From: Candidatus Saccharimonadales bacterium
GTDB taxonomy: Bacteria > Eisenbacteria > RBG-16-71-46 > JACRLI01
DNA: 13,490 nucleotides
Direction: 5' to 3'
Assembly: GCA_035542815.1 (NCBI GenBank)
Contig: DATKKS010000134.1
Span: 1-13,490 of the forward strand
Positions within the stretch are counted from its first letter, which is position 1. The number at the start of each line of letters is the position of its first letter. The notes under the pieces are model-generated. The model was not told where the DNA came from and did not search any database. It worked only from the letters and a program-made list of their open reading frames with translations. The translations under genes and the position numbers were made by a program. Below are positions 1 through 7,738 of this stretch, piece by piece.

Positions 1-608
1 CGGCGCTGGCGATCCTGTCGGTGGTGCCGCTGGCGGCGCCGCGCGCGGCCGGCTGGCGGCTGGCCGCGGCGGCGGTGTGGCTGGCCGGGGCGGCGATGTG
101 CGCGACGCAGGGCGCGCCCCGGCTGACCCGGGCGGTGGAGGACCTGGGCTCCGAGCAGCGGGCCGGCGAATGGCTGGCGGGAGCGGGCGAGCCGGGGGCG
201 CTGCTCATGGACCGCCGGCCGTACGTGGCCTACTACTCCGGCCATCCGCGCGTGGTGACCCCGGACGACCCCTACGACACGGTGCTGGCGGCGGCGGCGC
301 GCCGGGGCGTGCGCTACCTGGTGATCAACGCGCCCCAGGCGCACGTCCTGCGGCCGCAGCTCAAGGCGCTGTTCTACCACCCGTGGATCACCGAGTCGGA
401 CCCGCGGCTGGACGTGATCTACTTCGGAGGCGAGACCTCGCGCACCGCGGTGGCGATCTTCAAGCTGCTGCGGCCGGGGGAGCCCAAGCGCCAGGCCCCG
501 CCGGTGCTGGAGATCCGCTGGGCCCCGCCGCCGGGCGCCCCGGGCGCGCCACCAGGACTGCCCGGCGCGCCGGGCGCCGCTCCGGGCCCGCCCGGCGCGC
601 CGCCCTGA
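1..608 (+). CDS. 3' part of a membrane protein. The last TM helix and a periplasmic-type C-terminal domain are paralogous to the C-terminal domain of the GT-C glycosyltransferase at 2048-3766. It ends in a Pro/Gly/Ala-rich low-complexity tail. Partial; it continues upstream of the window.
   Basis: The reading frame runs back to the window edge: codons in frame before 21 encode the hydrophobic ALAILS. GC3 is high. The C-terminal region (PYVAYYSGHPRVVTPDDPYD...GVRYLVIN...DVIYFGG...AIFKLL) aligns by eye with the 100-aa ORF 2048-2350 (VYHGALFLDRPAINVPFDE...GIRYMTIS...DEVRIYRL). Stop TGA at 606-608. Confidence 0.7.
   Translation, partial: ALAILSVVPLAAPRAAGWRLAAAAVWLAGAAMCATQGAPRLTRAVEDLGSEQRAGEWLAGAGEPGALLMDRRPYVAYYSGHPRVVTPDDPYDTVLAAAARRGVRYLVINAPQAHVLRPQLKALFYHPWITESDPRLDVIYFGGETSRTAVAIFKLLRPGEPKRQAPPVLEIRWAPPPGAPGAPPGLPGAPGAAPGPPGAPP
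523..605 (+). repeat. Low-complexity GC-rich repeat (cc[c/g]ggcgcgcc recurring) encoding a Pro/Gly/Ala tail: PGAPGAPPGLPGAPGAAPGPPGAPP.
   Basis: The motif cccggcgcgcc/ccgggcgcgcc is visible at about 542, 561 and 589. The translated tail is collagen-like but is not a perfect Gly-X-Y repeat; Gly spacing is 3,4,3,3,4,3. Confidence 0.5.
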
Positions 609-611
609 GCC

Positions 612-1982
612 TCAGTGCGGCAGTCCGAAGCCGTAGTACACCAGGCATAGCCCGGCCAGCACCGCCGACCCCGCACCCACCTCCCGCCACCGGCCCGCGG
701 CCAGCTTCATCACCGGGTGGAGCACCAGCCCCGCGGTGAGCCCGTTGGCGATGTTGTAGGTGAACACCATCATGACCACCGTGGCGAACGCGGGGATCAG
801 CTCGGTCAGGTCCTCGAAGTCCACCCGCGCCAGCGAGCCGGCCATCATCGCCCCGACCGCCACCAGGGCCGGACCGTACGCGTAGCTCAGGTGCTGCAGG
901 GGCTCGACCAGCGGGATGAAGAACAGGGTGACCGCGAACAGCGCCGCAGTGGTCACCGCGGCCAGGCCGGTGCGGGCGCCCTCCCGGATGCCGGTGGCGG
1001 ACTCGATGTAGGCCCCGCTGGTGGAGGTGCCGGCGAGGCCGCTGAAGATGCACGTGAGCGCATCCACCAGCATCGGGCGCTCCACCTGCGGGAAGTCGCC
1101 CTTCGCGTCCAGCATCCCGCCCGCGGCGCCCACGCCCACCAAGGTCCCCAGGGTGTCCAGGAAGCTCATCAGGAACAGCGTCAGCAGGATCGGCAGGAAC
1201 GACAGCCGCAGCACCGAGCCCACGTCCAGCTGCAGCGCCACCGCCCCCCAGCCCGGCGTGCCGCCGAAGGGCCAGGCCACCACCCCGGTGGGCGCCCGGC
1301 CCACGCCCAGCGCGCTGCCCGCCACCGCGGTCACGGCGATCCCGACGAGGATCGCCCCGCGCACCCGCCGGTGCAGCAGCACCGCGATCAGCAGGAAGCC
1401 CGCCACCGCCAGCAGCACTTGCGGATCGTGCAGGTTGCCGATCTTGACCGGCACGTCCGGGGCGCGCAGCAGCCCCCCCGGCAGCAGCAGCGCCCGAGCG
1501 GGCTGGCCAGCCGCCGCGCTGGTCACGATCCCGGTCTTGTACAGCCCGACGAACGCCAGAAACAGGCCGATCCCGGCGGCGAAGCTGTGTTTGAGGCTGG
1601 TGGAGATGGACCGCGCCAGCCACCCGCGGATGCCCGCCAGGGTGATCACCAGGAACACCACGCCGCTCACGAACACCGTGCCCAGCCGCTGCTGCCAGGT
1701 GATCCCCAGCGCGGCCAGCCCGAACGCGATGAAGGCGTTCTCGCCCATGTACGGGGCCACCGCGATGGGGCGGTTGGCGTACAGGCCCATGAGCAGCGAG
1801 CCGAACACCGCGGTGAGGATGGTGGCCACGGTGCTGGGCCCGACCGGGATCCCGGCAAAGGCCAGGATGGCCGGGTTCACCACGATGATGTAGGCCATGG
1901 TCACGAACGTGGTGGCCCCGCCGAGCACCTCGGTGGAGACGCGCGTGCCCCGCTCGCTGAGCCCGAACATTCGATCCAGCAT
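612..1982 (-). CDS. NCS2 family nucleobase permease, AzgA/PbuG/GhxP-like guanine-hypoxanthine permease.
   Basis: N-terminus MLDRMFGLSERGTRVSTEVLGGATTFVTMAYIIVVNPAILA matches the AzgA-type permease N-terminal signature (ERGTT.RTE..AG.TTF.TM.YI..VNP.IL). It is about 13-TM hydrophobic throughout. The start ATG at 1980-1982 is preceded by GAAGGGAGAG. The ORF-track 5' extension to 2195 is non-coding-like, rich in Arg/Gly/Pro. Stop TGA at 612-614. Confidence 0.85.
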   Translation of the reverse strand: MLDRMFGLSERGTRVSTEVLGGATTFVTMAYIIVVNPAILAFAGIPVGPSTVATILTAVFGSLLMGLYANRPIAVAPYMGENAFIAFGLAALGITWQQRLGTVFVSGVVFLVITLAGIRGWLARSISTSLKHSFAAGIGLFLAFVGLYKTGIVTSAAAGQPARALLLPGGLLRAPDVPVKIGNLHDPQVLLAVAGFLLIAVLLHRRVRGAILVGIAVTAVAGSALGVGRAPTGVVAWPFGGTPGWGAVALQLDVGSVLRLSFLPILLTLFLMSFLDTLGTLVGVGAAGGMLDAKGDFPQVERPMLVDALTCIFSGLAGTSTSGAYIESATGIREGARTGLAAVTTAALFAVTLFFIPLVEPLQHLSYAYGPALVAVGAMMAGSLARVDFEDLTELIPAFATVVMMVFTYNIANGLTAGLVLHPVMKLAAGRWREVGAGSAVLAGLCLVYYGFGLPH

Positions 1983-2047
1983 CGGCTCTCCCTTCAGGTC
2001 CGCGTCGGGCCCCGGGCTGGAATTCCGCGCGCGGGACTTGTAGCGGG

Positions 2048-2350
2048 TCAGTCCTTCTCCCCGCGGGCAGCGCTCAACCGGTAGATCCTCACCTCGTCCA
2101 GGTCCATGGCGGCCGCGGACGGGAAGGACCGCCGGAGGGAGTCCGGGGAGATCTGGGCCGCGAGGCCGGCCCAGGCCGGCGGCCGGGTCTCCCAAGCGGG
2201 CAGCCGGCTGCGGAGGTCCGAAAGAGAGATCGTCATGTACCGGATCCCGTAGTGGTCGCGCACGCGCGCCAGCTGCGCCTCGTCGAAGGGCACGTTGATG
2301 GCCGGTCGATCCAGGAACAGCGCTCCGTGGTAGACCTCGCAGCTGAACAC
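2048..2350 (-). pseudogene. C-terminal domain fragment of the same glycosyltransferase. It is in the same frame as 2360-3766, separated from it only by the TAG codon. It has no own SD and no ATG.
   Basis: Codons 2351-2359 (R-E-P) and 2348-2350 (GTG) continue the upstream frame directly after TAG 2360-2362. The fragment is homologous to the C-terminal domain of the + strand ORF at 1-608. Revcomp of 2351-2370 shows no GGAGG-like site. Stop TGA at 2048-2050. Confidence 0.5.
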
Positions 2351-2359
2351 CGGCTCACG

Positions 2360-3766
2360 CTAAGCCGTGCGGGCCACGATGAAGGGCCGGCTCGCCAGCA
2401 TCTCGACCGGGCATGAGGACGCTCCGGGGTTCCAGCCGCTTCGGTGGTCACCCATCTGGCGGGCAGTCTCGCGCGCCTCGCCCGCGATGGAAGCCACGAC
2501 CAGCACGACCCCGGCGGCCGTGCCCATGACCCGCACTCCCACCTTCCTCTGCGCCGAAGCAGAAGCCAGCCAGCCAGCGCCGGCTCCGGCCAGGGCCGCC
2601 CAGAACGGCACTAGGCAGAATCCGTAGCGCGCCGCGGTCAGGGTCACGCTGATGAACCCGAACAGCAGGCCGGCATAGACCAGGACGGGCACCCACAGCT
2701 TCCAGCGCGCGCGGATGCTCCACAGCCCCAGCAGGGCCAGCGGCGCCAGCCACGCGCTCCCGCCGTTGTCCCGCAGCAGGCCCACGGTGAGCATCCGCAG
2801 GCCGTCGTGGGCGCGGGTGGCCACGGCCGCCGGGTGCAGGATCGCGTACCGCAGGGCGGGTGGAGGCGGAGTCAGGGAGGCCACGACGCGCTGCCCGCCC
2901 CCGAAATCCGGGCATTGAGCCAGGACGAGGTGCGGCAGGTCGGTGTGCAGCGGGTCTCCGAACAGCAACGCGTTGCGCACCAGCCAGGGCGAGCACAGCA
3001 CCAGGAACGTCAGGGCCGCTATCCCGAGCGCGCGCCACGCCTCGGCCCGCGGCAGCCGCCAGAAGAGCCCCAGAGACACCGCGATCCAGAGCCACACCGA
3101 CTGGTACTTCATCAGGTAGGCCGCGGCCAGGAGCGCACCGAGGAGCCATGCCCGGCGGGGCCGGAGCAGCAGGCAGATCAGGACGGCAGAGACGAGCAGG
3201 ATCGTGCAGCTCTCCGTCTCCACGCGCATCGAGTAGGACACCAGCGTGGGGTAGGCGACGGCGAGGAGCCCCGCGAACAGGCCGGCGAGACGGCGCCCGG
3301 TCAGCCCGAACGCCAGGAGGCTGGCGGCGGCAGGCGTGAACATGCCGAACGCCAAAGGAACGAGCTTGACCGCGGTGATGTTGAGGCCGCCCGCGGCGAC
3401 CGCCAGAGCGGTGAGGAACGGGTACAGGGGGCTCCACTGCGCGTCGGGGCGCGGCAGCGAGACCAGCGGACGGAACAGCAGCTGCACGTAGTCCACCGAC
3501 CATCCCTGGCCCGCGAGGATATGCCGAGCGACATCGAGGTAGCCCGCCCCGTCGCACTCCATGCCCTCCCACCGGAAGCGCTGGAAGAACAGTAGGCGGA
3601 CCGCCAGCGACAGGAGCGTCAGCAGGACCAGGAAGAGGACTGCCTGGGCGGTCGGGACACGGCCCGAGGCCGGCACGACAGCTTCGCCGCATGGGGCGTC
3701 GGAGGCCGTTGAGGTCGCCGAGCCGGTCTGCCCGGCGCCCTCCACGCCCGCCCGGGAGTGGCCCAT
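2360..3766 (-). CDS. GT-C fold integral-membrane glycosyltransferase, GT39/ArnT/PMT_2-like. This is the membrane domain, and the frame ends at an in-frame TAG (2360-2362).
   Basis: There are more than 11 predicted TM segments. The first-loop acidic motif RFRWEGMECDGAGYLDVARHILAGQGW resembles the DE/ExD loop of PMT/ArnT-type transferases. A divergent intergenic region lies upstream, and there is a weak SD (GAAGGCGGGG) before ATG 3764-3766. Confidence 0.6.
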   Translation of the reverse strand: MGHSRAGVEGAGQTGSATSTASDAPCGEAVVPASGRVPTAQAVLFLVLLTLLSLAVRLLFFQRFRWEGMECDGAGYLDVARHILAGQGWSVDYVQLLFRPLVSLPRPDAQWSPLYPFLTALAVAAGGLNITAVKLVPLAFGMFTPAAASLLAFGLTGRRLAGLFAGLLAVAYPTLVSYSMRVETESCTILLVSAVLICLLLRPRRAWLLGALLAAAYLMKYQSVWLWIAVSLGLFWRLPRAEAWRALGIAALTFLVLCSPWLVRNALLFGDPLHTDLPHLVLAQCPDFGGGQRVVASLTPPPPALRYAILHPAAVATRAHDGLRMLTVGLLRDNGGSAWLAPLALLGLWSIRARWKLWVPVLVYAGLLFGFISVTLTAARYGFCLVPFWAALAGAGAGWLASASAQRKVGVRVMGTAAGVVLVVASIAGEARETARQMGDHRSGWNPGASSCPVEMLASRPFIVARTA

Positions 3767-3967
3767 CGGAACCCCGCCTTCTCAGGTTCGGCCGCCCGGC
3801 CGGCCAACGGCTCCAGCGCGAGCGCCTGGTTGGCGAAGCGACTCCCCTGACCCTGACCGGGTCCCGCCCCGGGGAAGCGGGGGCCGATCCGTCCTCCCCT
3901 CCCTGGCAACAGCCACGAACTGGCCTGAAGAAAGTCTATGGCCGAACTGGATCGTGTCAACCGGTCT

Positions 3968-3985
3968 GCACCGTTCACACGGTGC
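3968..3985. promoter_or_regulatory. Perfect inverted repeat GCACCGT-tcac-ACGGTGC (7-4-7) in the divergent intergenic region. It is a candidate operator.
   Basis: Read directly from the sequence. It lies in the AT-richer island 3905-3990 between the - strand glycosyltransferase start (3766) and the + strand MFS start (4104), about 120 bp upstream of the MFS ATG. Confidence 0.3.
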
Positions 3986-4103
3986 TCAAGCCTTGCCGGG
4001 TGCTCGCTCCGGGGATCCCGGTGGTTTGCGCGGAGAGGCTCCCGGCGGCGCCGTCGCGCACTCGGCGCTGGACCCTGGCGGCCCCGGTCGGCATCATACG
4101 TCC

Positions 4104-5312
4104 ATGCCCACCCGCCACGTCCACCCCAGCTTCTTCATGATCCTGATCCTGCCCTTCGGAGTGATGGGGGGCTACGTCAACGTCACCCTCGGCTACCTGC
4201 TGTCCCAGGCCGGGATCTCGGTGGAGAAGATCGCCGCGCTGATCGCCCTCAGCCTGCTGCCGCACACCTGGAAGTTCGCCTGGGCGCCGATCGTGGACAC
4301 CACGCTCTCGCGCCGCGCCTGGTACCTCATCTCGGGCGTGGCCAGCGCCGCCGGGATCTGGGCCACCGGGATGCTGCCCATCCGCGCCGCCAGCCTGCCG
4401 ATGCTCTCGGCGGTGGTGCTGGTTTCCAACGTCGCGGTGACCTTCCTCGGGATGGCGGTCAACAGCCTCATGGCGTACACCACCCCGGAGGAGCTGAAGG
4501 GCCAGGCGGGGGGCTGGTTCCAGGCCGGCAACCTGGGCGGCACCGGCCTGGGCGGAGGGGCCGGCCTGTGGCTGGCGCGGATCCTGCCGGCGCCGTGGAT
4601 GGCCGGGGCGGGCCTGGCGGTGGCCTGCCTGCTGTGCTGCGCGCCGCTGGCGTTCATGCCCGAGCCGCACTCCCCGCACCGCGAGGGCGGCGCGCTGCGC
4701 AGCCTCGCCAACGTGGGCCGCGACCTGTGGGGGGTGGTGACCTCGCGCGTCGGGCTCCTGGCGCTGTTCCTGTGCTTCCTGCCCATCGGCTCGGGGGCGG
4801 CGTCCAACCTGTGGCCGGCGGTGGCCGACGGCTGGCGGGCCTCCGCCGGCACGGTGGCGCTGGTCACCGGGGTGCTGGGCGGCATCCTGATGGCCGCGGG
4901 GTGCGTGGGCGGCGGCTGGATCTGCGACCGGGTGGACCGCAAGGCCGCCTACGTCGCCTACGGCGCGCTGCAGGCGGCGTGCGCCCTGGGCATGGCCGTG
5001 GCGCCGCGCACCGAGGCCATGTACGTGGTGTTCACGTCGGCGTACGCGGTGATCACCGGCTTCACCTACGCCGGCTTCACCGCGGTGGTGCTGGAGGCGA
5101 TGGGCATGGGCGCGGCGGCCACCAAGTACAACGTGTACGCCTCCATCTCCAACTTCCCGATCTACTACGTGACCCAGTTGGACGGCTGGGCCCACACCCG
5201 CTGGGGCCCGCGCGGCATGCTCGAGGCGGAGGCCGTGGTCGGGGCGCTGGGCCTGATGCTGTTCATGACGGTGTGGGTGGCGCTCCCCAGGCGGCGGCCG
5301 GCCACCGCCTGA
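4104..5312 (+). CDS. MFS transporter of the AmpG/PucC/LplT-like group, about 12 TM.
   Basis: ILPFGVMGGYVNVTLGYLLSQAGISVEKIAALIALSLLPHTWKFAWAPIVDTTLSRRAWYL follows the AmpG pattern G..L...G...IG..SL...KFLWSPLMD...RRR.WLL. The start is uncertain: ATG at 4104 or ATG at 4137 (MILIL...), and neither has a clear SD. The ORF-track extension back to 3561 has junk-like composition. Confidence 0.75.
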   Translation: MPTRHVHPSFFMILILPFGVMGGYVNVTLGYLLSQAGISVEKIAALIALSLLPHTWKFAWAPIVDTTLSRRAWYLISGVASAAGIWATGMLPIRAASLPMLSAVVLVSNVAVTFLGMAVNSLMAYTTPEELKGQAGGWFQAGNLGGTGLGGGAGLWLARILPAPWMAGAGLAVACLLCCAPLAFMPEPHSPHREGGALRSLANVGRDLWGVVTSRVGLLALFLCFLPIGSGAASNLWPAVADGWRASAGTVALVTGVLGGILMAAGCVGGGWICDRVDRKAAYVAYGALQAACALGMAVAPRTEAMYVVFTSAYAVITGFTYAGFTAVVLEAMGMGAAATKYNVYASISNFPIYYVTQLDGWAHTRWGPRGMLEAEAVVGALGLMLFMTVWVALPRRRPATA

Positions 5313-5492
5313 GGCCGCGGGGCGCTTTTCAAGGCGGCCGGCTTCGTGCGAGGATGCCGGTCGCGGTTCGCGCCGCCCCCGGGCCCGCCGCCGATGCGGC
5401 CCCCGGGCGGCGGCCGGCCCCGCTTCGATGACCTGACCTGCATGGGGGTGCGCTGCGCCGGCCCGTGAGCGCCGACGCGCCGGGGGGGAAGG

Positions 5493-6869
5493 ATGACCGA
5501 GACCGCGGCGCTGCCGGAGGCCAGGCCCTCCTGGCGCTTCCCGCGCGCCTTCTGGAGCGCCAACTCCATCGAGCTGTGCGAGCGCGCCGCCTACTACGCC
5601 ACGTTCATCGCGCTGCGCACCTACCTGCTGCGGGTGGTGGGCCTGAGCGACGTGCAGGCCGGGTACGTGGCGGCCGCGTTCGCCGGGCTGATCTACCTGC
5701 TGCCCTTCTTCACCGGCGCGGCGGCCGACCGGATCGGGTTCCGCGGCTCGCTGCTGCTGGCCTTCGCGCTGCTGGCGGCCGGCTACGGGATGCTGGGGGG
5801 GGTCCGCGACTTTGCCCCGGTCGCCGCCGGGCTGCTGCTGGTGGCGGTCGGCGGGGCGTTCGTCAAGCCCGTCATCACCGGCACCGCCGCCAAGTGCTCC
5901 AGCGAGGCCAACCGGGCCCGCGCCTTCAGCATCTTCTACATGATCGTCAACATCGGCTCGTTCACCGGGAAGACCTTCGCCGCGCCGATCCGGATCCAGC
6001 TGGGGGTGCAGCGGGTGCCGCTGTTCTCCGCGGCGGCCGCGCTGGCCGCGCTGGTGCTGGTGGCGCTGCTGTACCGGCCCCCGGAGAGCGGCGCAGGCCG
6101 CCCCCGCAGCGCGCTGGAGACGCTGCGCGGGATGGGCGCCGCGCTGCGCAACCTCCGCTTCACCGCGCTGATCCTGATCACCGCCGGCTTCTGGACCATC
6201 CAGGGCCAGCTGTACGCCTCCATGCCCGACTACGTGCTGCGCATGGCAGGGGAGAGCTACAAGCCCGAGTGGTACGCCAACGTGAACCCGCTGGTGGTGG
6301 TGCTGTGCGTGGTGCTGGTGACCCAGCTGGTGCGGCGCTGGCCGCCGGAGGTCTCCATTTCGGTGGCGATGCTGCTGATCCCGCTGTCCTCGCTGACCCT
6401 GGCGGCGTCCCACTTGATCCACGGCCGGGTGGAGCTGTGGGGGCTGGCGGTGCACCCGGTCACCGCGACGATGGTGGCCGGGATCGCCCTGCAGGGCTTC
6501 GCCGAGTGCTTCCTGAGCCCCAAGTACCTGGAGTTCGCCTCGCGCCAGGCGCCCCGGGGCCAGGAGGGCCTGTACCTGGGCTACGCCCACCTCAACACGT
6601 TCTTCGCCTGGGTGTTCGGGTTCGTGGTCGCCGGCTACCTGCTGCAGGCGTACTGTCCGGACCCGCGCACCCTGCCGCCCGCGGTCCAGCGCCAGCACCA
6701 GCTGGCGCTGGCGGGGGCGGGGCCGATGCCGGGGGCCTACGCGCACGCCCACTACCTGTGGTACGCGTTCGCCCTGGTGGGGGCGGCCTCGCTGGCGCTG
6801 ATGCTGGGGTTCGTCGCGGTCACGCGGCGGCTGGACCGGGGGCGCGCGGTCCCGGCCGGCGCGGCCTAG
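5493..6869 (+). CDS. POT/PTR2 family proton-dependent oligopeptide transporter (MFS).
   Basis: FWSANSIELCERAAYYATFIAL matches the POT signature ExxERFxYYG region, and ...FFTGAAADRIGFRGSLL matches the second PTR2 motif. It is 14-TM-like. The G-rich SD GGGGGGGAAGG lies directly before ATG 5493. GC3 is very high. Stop TAG at 6867-6869. Confidence 0.85.
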   Translation: MTETAALPEARPSWRFPRAFWSANSIELCERAAYYATFIALRTYLLRVVGLSDVQAGYVAAAFAGLIYLLPFFTGAAADRIGFRGSLLLAFALLAAGYGMLGGVRDFAPVAAGLLLVAVGGAFVKPVITGTAAKCSSEANRARAFSIFYMIVNIGSFTGKTFAAPIRIQLGVQRVPLFSAAAALAALVLVALLYRPPESGAGRPRSALETLRGMGAALRNLRFTALILITAGFWTIQGQLYASMPDYVLRMAGESYKPEWYANVNPLVVVLCVVLVTQLVRRWPPEVSISVAMLLIPLSSLTLAASHLIHGRVELWGLAVHPVTATMVAGIALQGFAECFLSPKYLEFASRQAPRGQEGLYLGYAHLNTFFAWVFGFVVAGYLLQAYCPDPRTLPPAVQRQHQLALAGAGPMPGAYAHAHYLWYAFALVGAASLALMLGFVAVTRRLDRGRAVPAGAA

Positions 6870-6912
6870 GGCCGCACCGGCGCGCCGCCGGCCGCGGGAG
6901 GATCGGGAGAGG

Positions 6913-7683
6913 ATGACCTCGCGCATCGCCATCACCCGGGCCGTGAGCCCGGCCCTCGGCCGGTGCGAGCTGAGCTTCGTGGAGCGCCGGCCCATCGACG
7001 TGGCGGCGGCCCGGCGCCAGCACCGGGAGTACGAGGCGTGCCTGGAGGCCCTCGGCTGCGGGTTGCTGCGCCTGCCGGCCGAGGCGGAACTCCCCGACTC
7101 GGTGTTCGTGGAGGACGTGGCGGTGGTGCTGGACGAGCTGGCGGTGATCACCCGCCCGGGGGCCGAGTCGAGGCGGGCGGAGTGCGCGGGGGTGGCGGTG
7201 GCGCTGCGGCCCTACCGGCGGCTGGCCGCCATCCAGGCTCCCGGCACGCTCGACGGCGGCGACGTCCTGGCCGCCGGCCGGCATGTCTTCGTGGGCCGCT
7301 CGACGCGCACCAACGAAGACGGCATCACCCAGCTGCGGCAGCACCTGGGGCCCCTGGGCTACGCGGTGGAGGCGGTGGCGGTGGCGGGGTGTCTGCACCT
7401 GAAGTCGGCGGCCACCGCGGTCGGGCCGGACCAGCTGCTGGTGCACCCCGGCCGGGTGGACCCGGCGGCGTTCGCGGGGCTCCGGCTGCTGGAGGTGGAC
7501 CCGGCCGAGCCCGACGCGGCCAACGTCCTGCGCGTCGGCGACACGGTGGTGGCCGCCACGGCCCACCCCCGGACCCGCCGGCGGCTGTCGGCGGCCGGGC
7601 TCGAGGTGCGCACGGTGGATCTCTCGGAGCTGGCCAAGGCGGAAGGCGCCCTGACCTGCTGCAGCCTCATCTTCCAGACATAG
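6913..7683 (+). CDS. N(G),N(G)-dimethylarginine dimethylaminohydrolase (DDAH)-like enzyme of the amidinotransferase superfamily.
   Basis: 256 aa. The C-terminal GALTCCSLIF places a Cys at about position 249, as for the catalytic Cys of bacterial DDAH (about 254 aa). The SD GGGAGAGG lies before ATG 6913. Stop TAG at 7681-7683. Confidence 0.7.
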   Translation: MTSRIAITRAVSPALGRCELSFVERRPIDVAAARRQHREYEACLEALGCGLLRLPAEAELPDSVFVEDVAVVLDELAVITRPGAESRRAECAGVAVALRPYRRLAAIQAPGTLDGGDVLAAGRHVFVGRSTRTNEDGITQLRQHLGPLGYAVEAVAVAGCLHLKSAATAVGPDQLLVHPGRVDPAAFAGLRLLEVDPAEPDAANVLRVGDTVVAATAHPRTRRRLSAAGLEVRTVDLSELAKAEGALTCCSLIFQT

Positions 7684-7738
7684 CGGAGGTCTCCCCGGAC
7701 CCTCTCGCCACTCGTGCCCTGCGTCCGCGGAGGAGCCG

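Noticed and set aside
1983-2047. Possible purine riboswitch upstream of the guanine/hypoxanthine permease.
   Set aside because: Only 65 nt are available, and the conserved purine-aptamer sequence elements are not present.
460-2195. ORFs 460-1623 (-) and 717-2084 (+), and the 5' extension of the permease ORF to 2195.
   Set aside because: They are alternative frames or the antisense strand of the permease gene. The extension upstream of ATG 1982 is R/G/P-rich, and the real start has an SD.
2360-2362. Amber codon as pyrrolysine or programmed readthrough.
   Set aside because: There is no supporting context and it would be a rare trait. Mutation or sequencing error is the more economical reading, so I report the stop as a finding rather than claim recoding.
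5313-5339. Stem GGCCGC...GCGGCC with a TTTT-containing loop just after the MFS stop, as a terminator.
   Set aside because: The T-run is in the loop, not 3' of the stem, and the stem is only 6 bp. This is a chance palindrome level for this GC content.
6877-6891. Hairpin CCGGCG-cgc-CGCCGG between the POT and DDAH genes.
   Set aside because: It is a short 6-bp stem in GC-rich DNA with no U-tract. It sits within a 43-bp likely intra-operonic spacer that also contains the SD.
3975-7151. A 1058-aa ORF on the - strand, the longest in the track.
   Set aside because: Its composition is Arg/Gly/His/Gln/Pro-rich with no hydrophobic core or motifs. It lies antisense to three well-supported + strand transporter and hydrolase genes. 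It is a classic high-GC antisense open frame.
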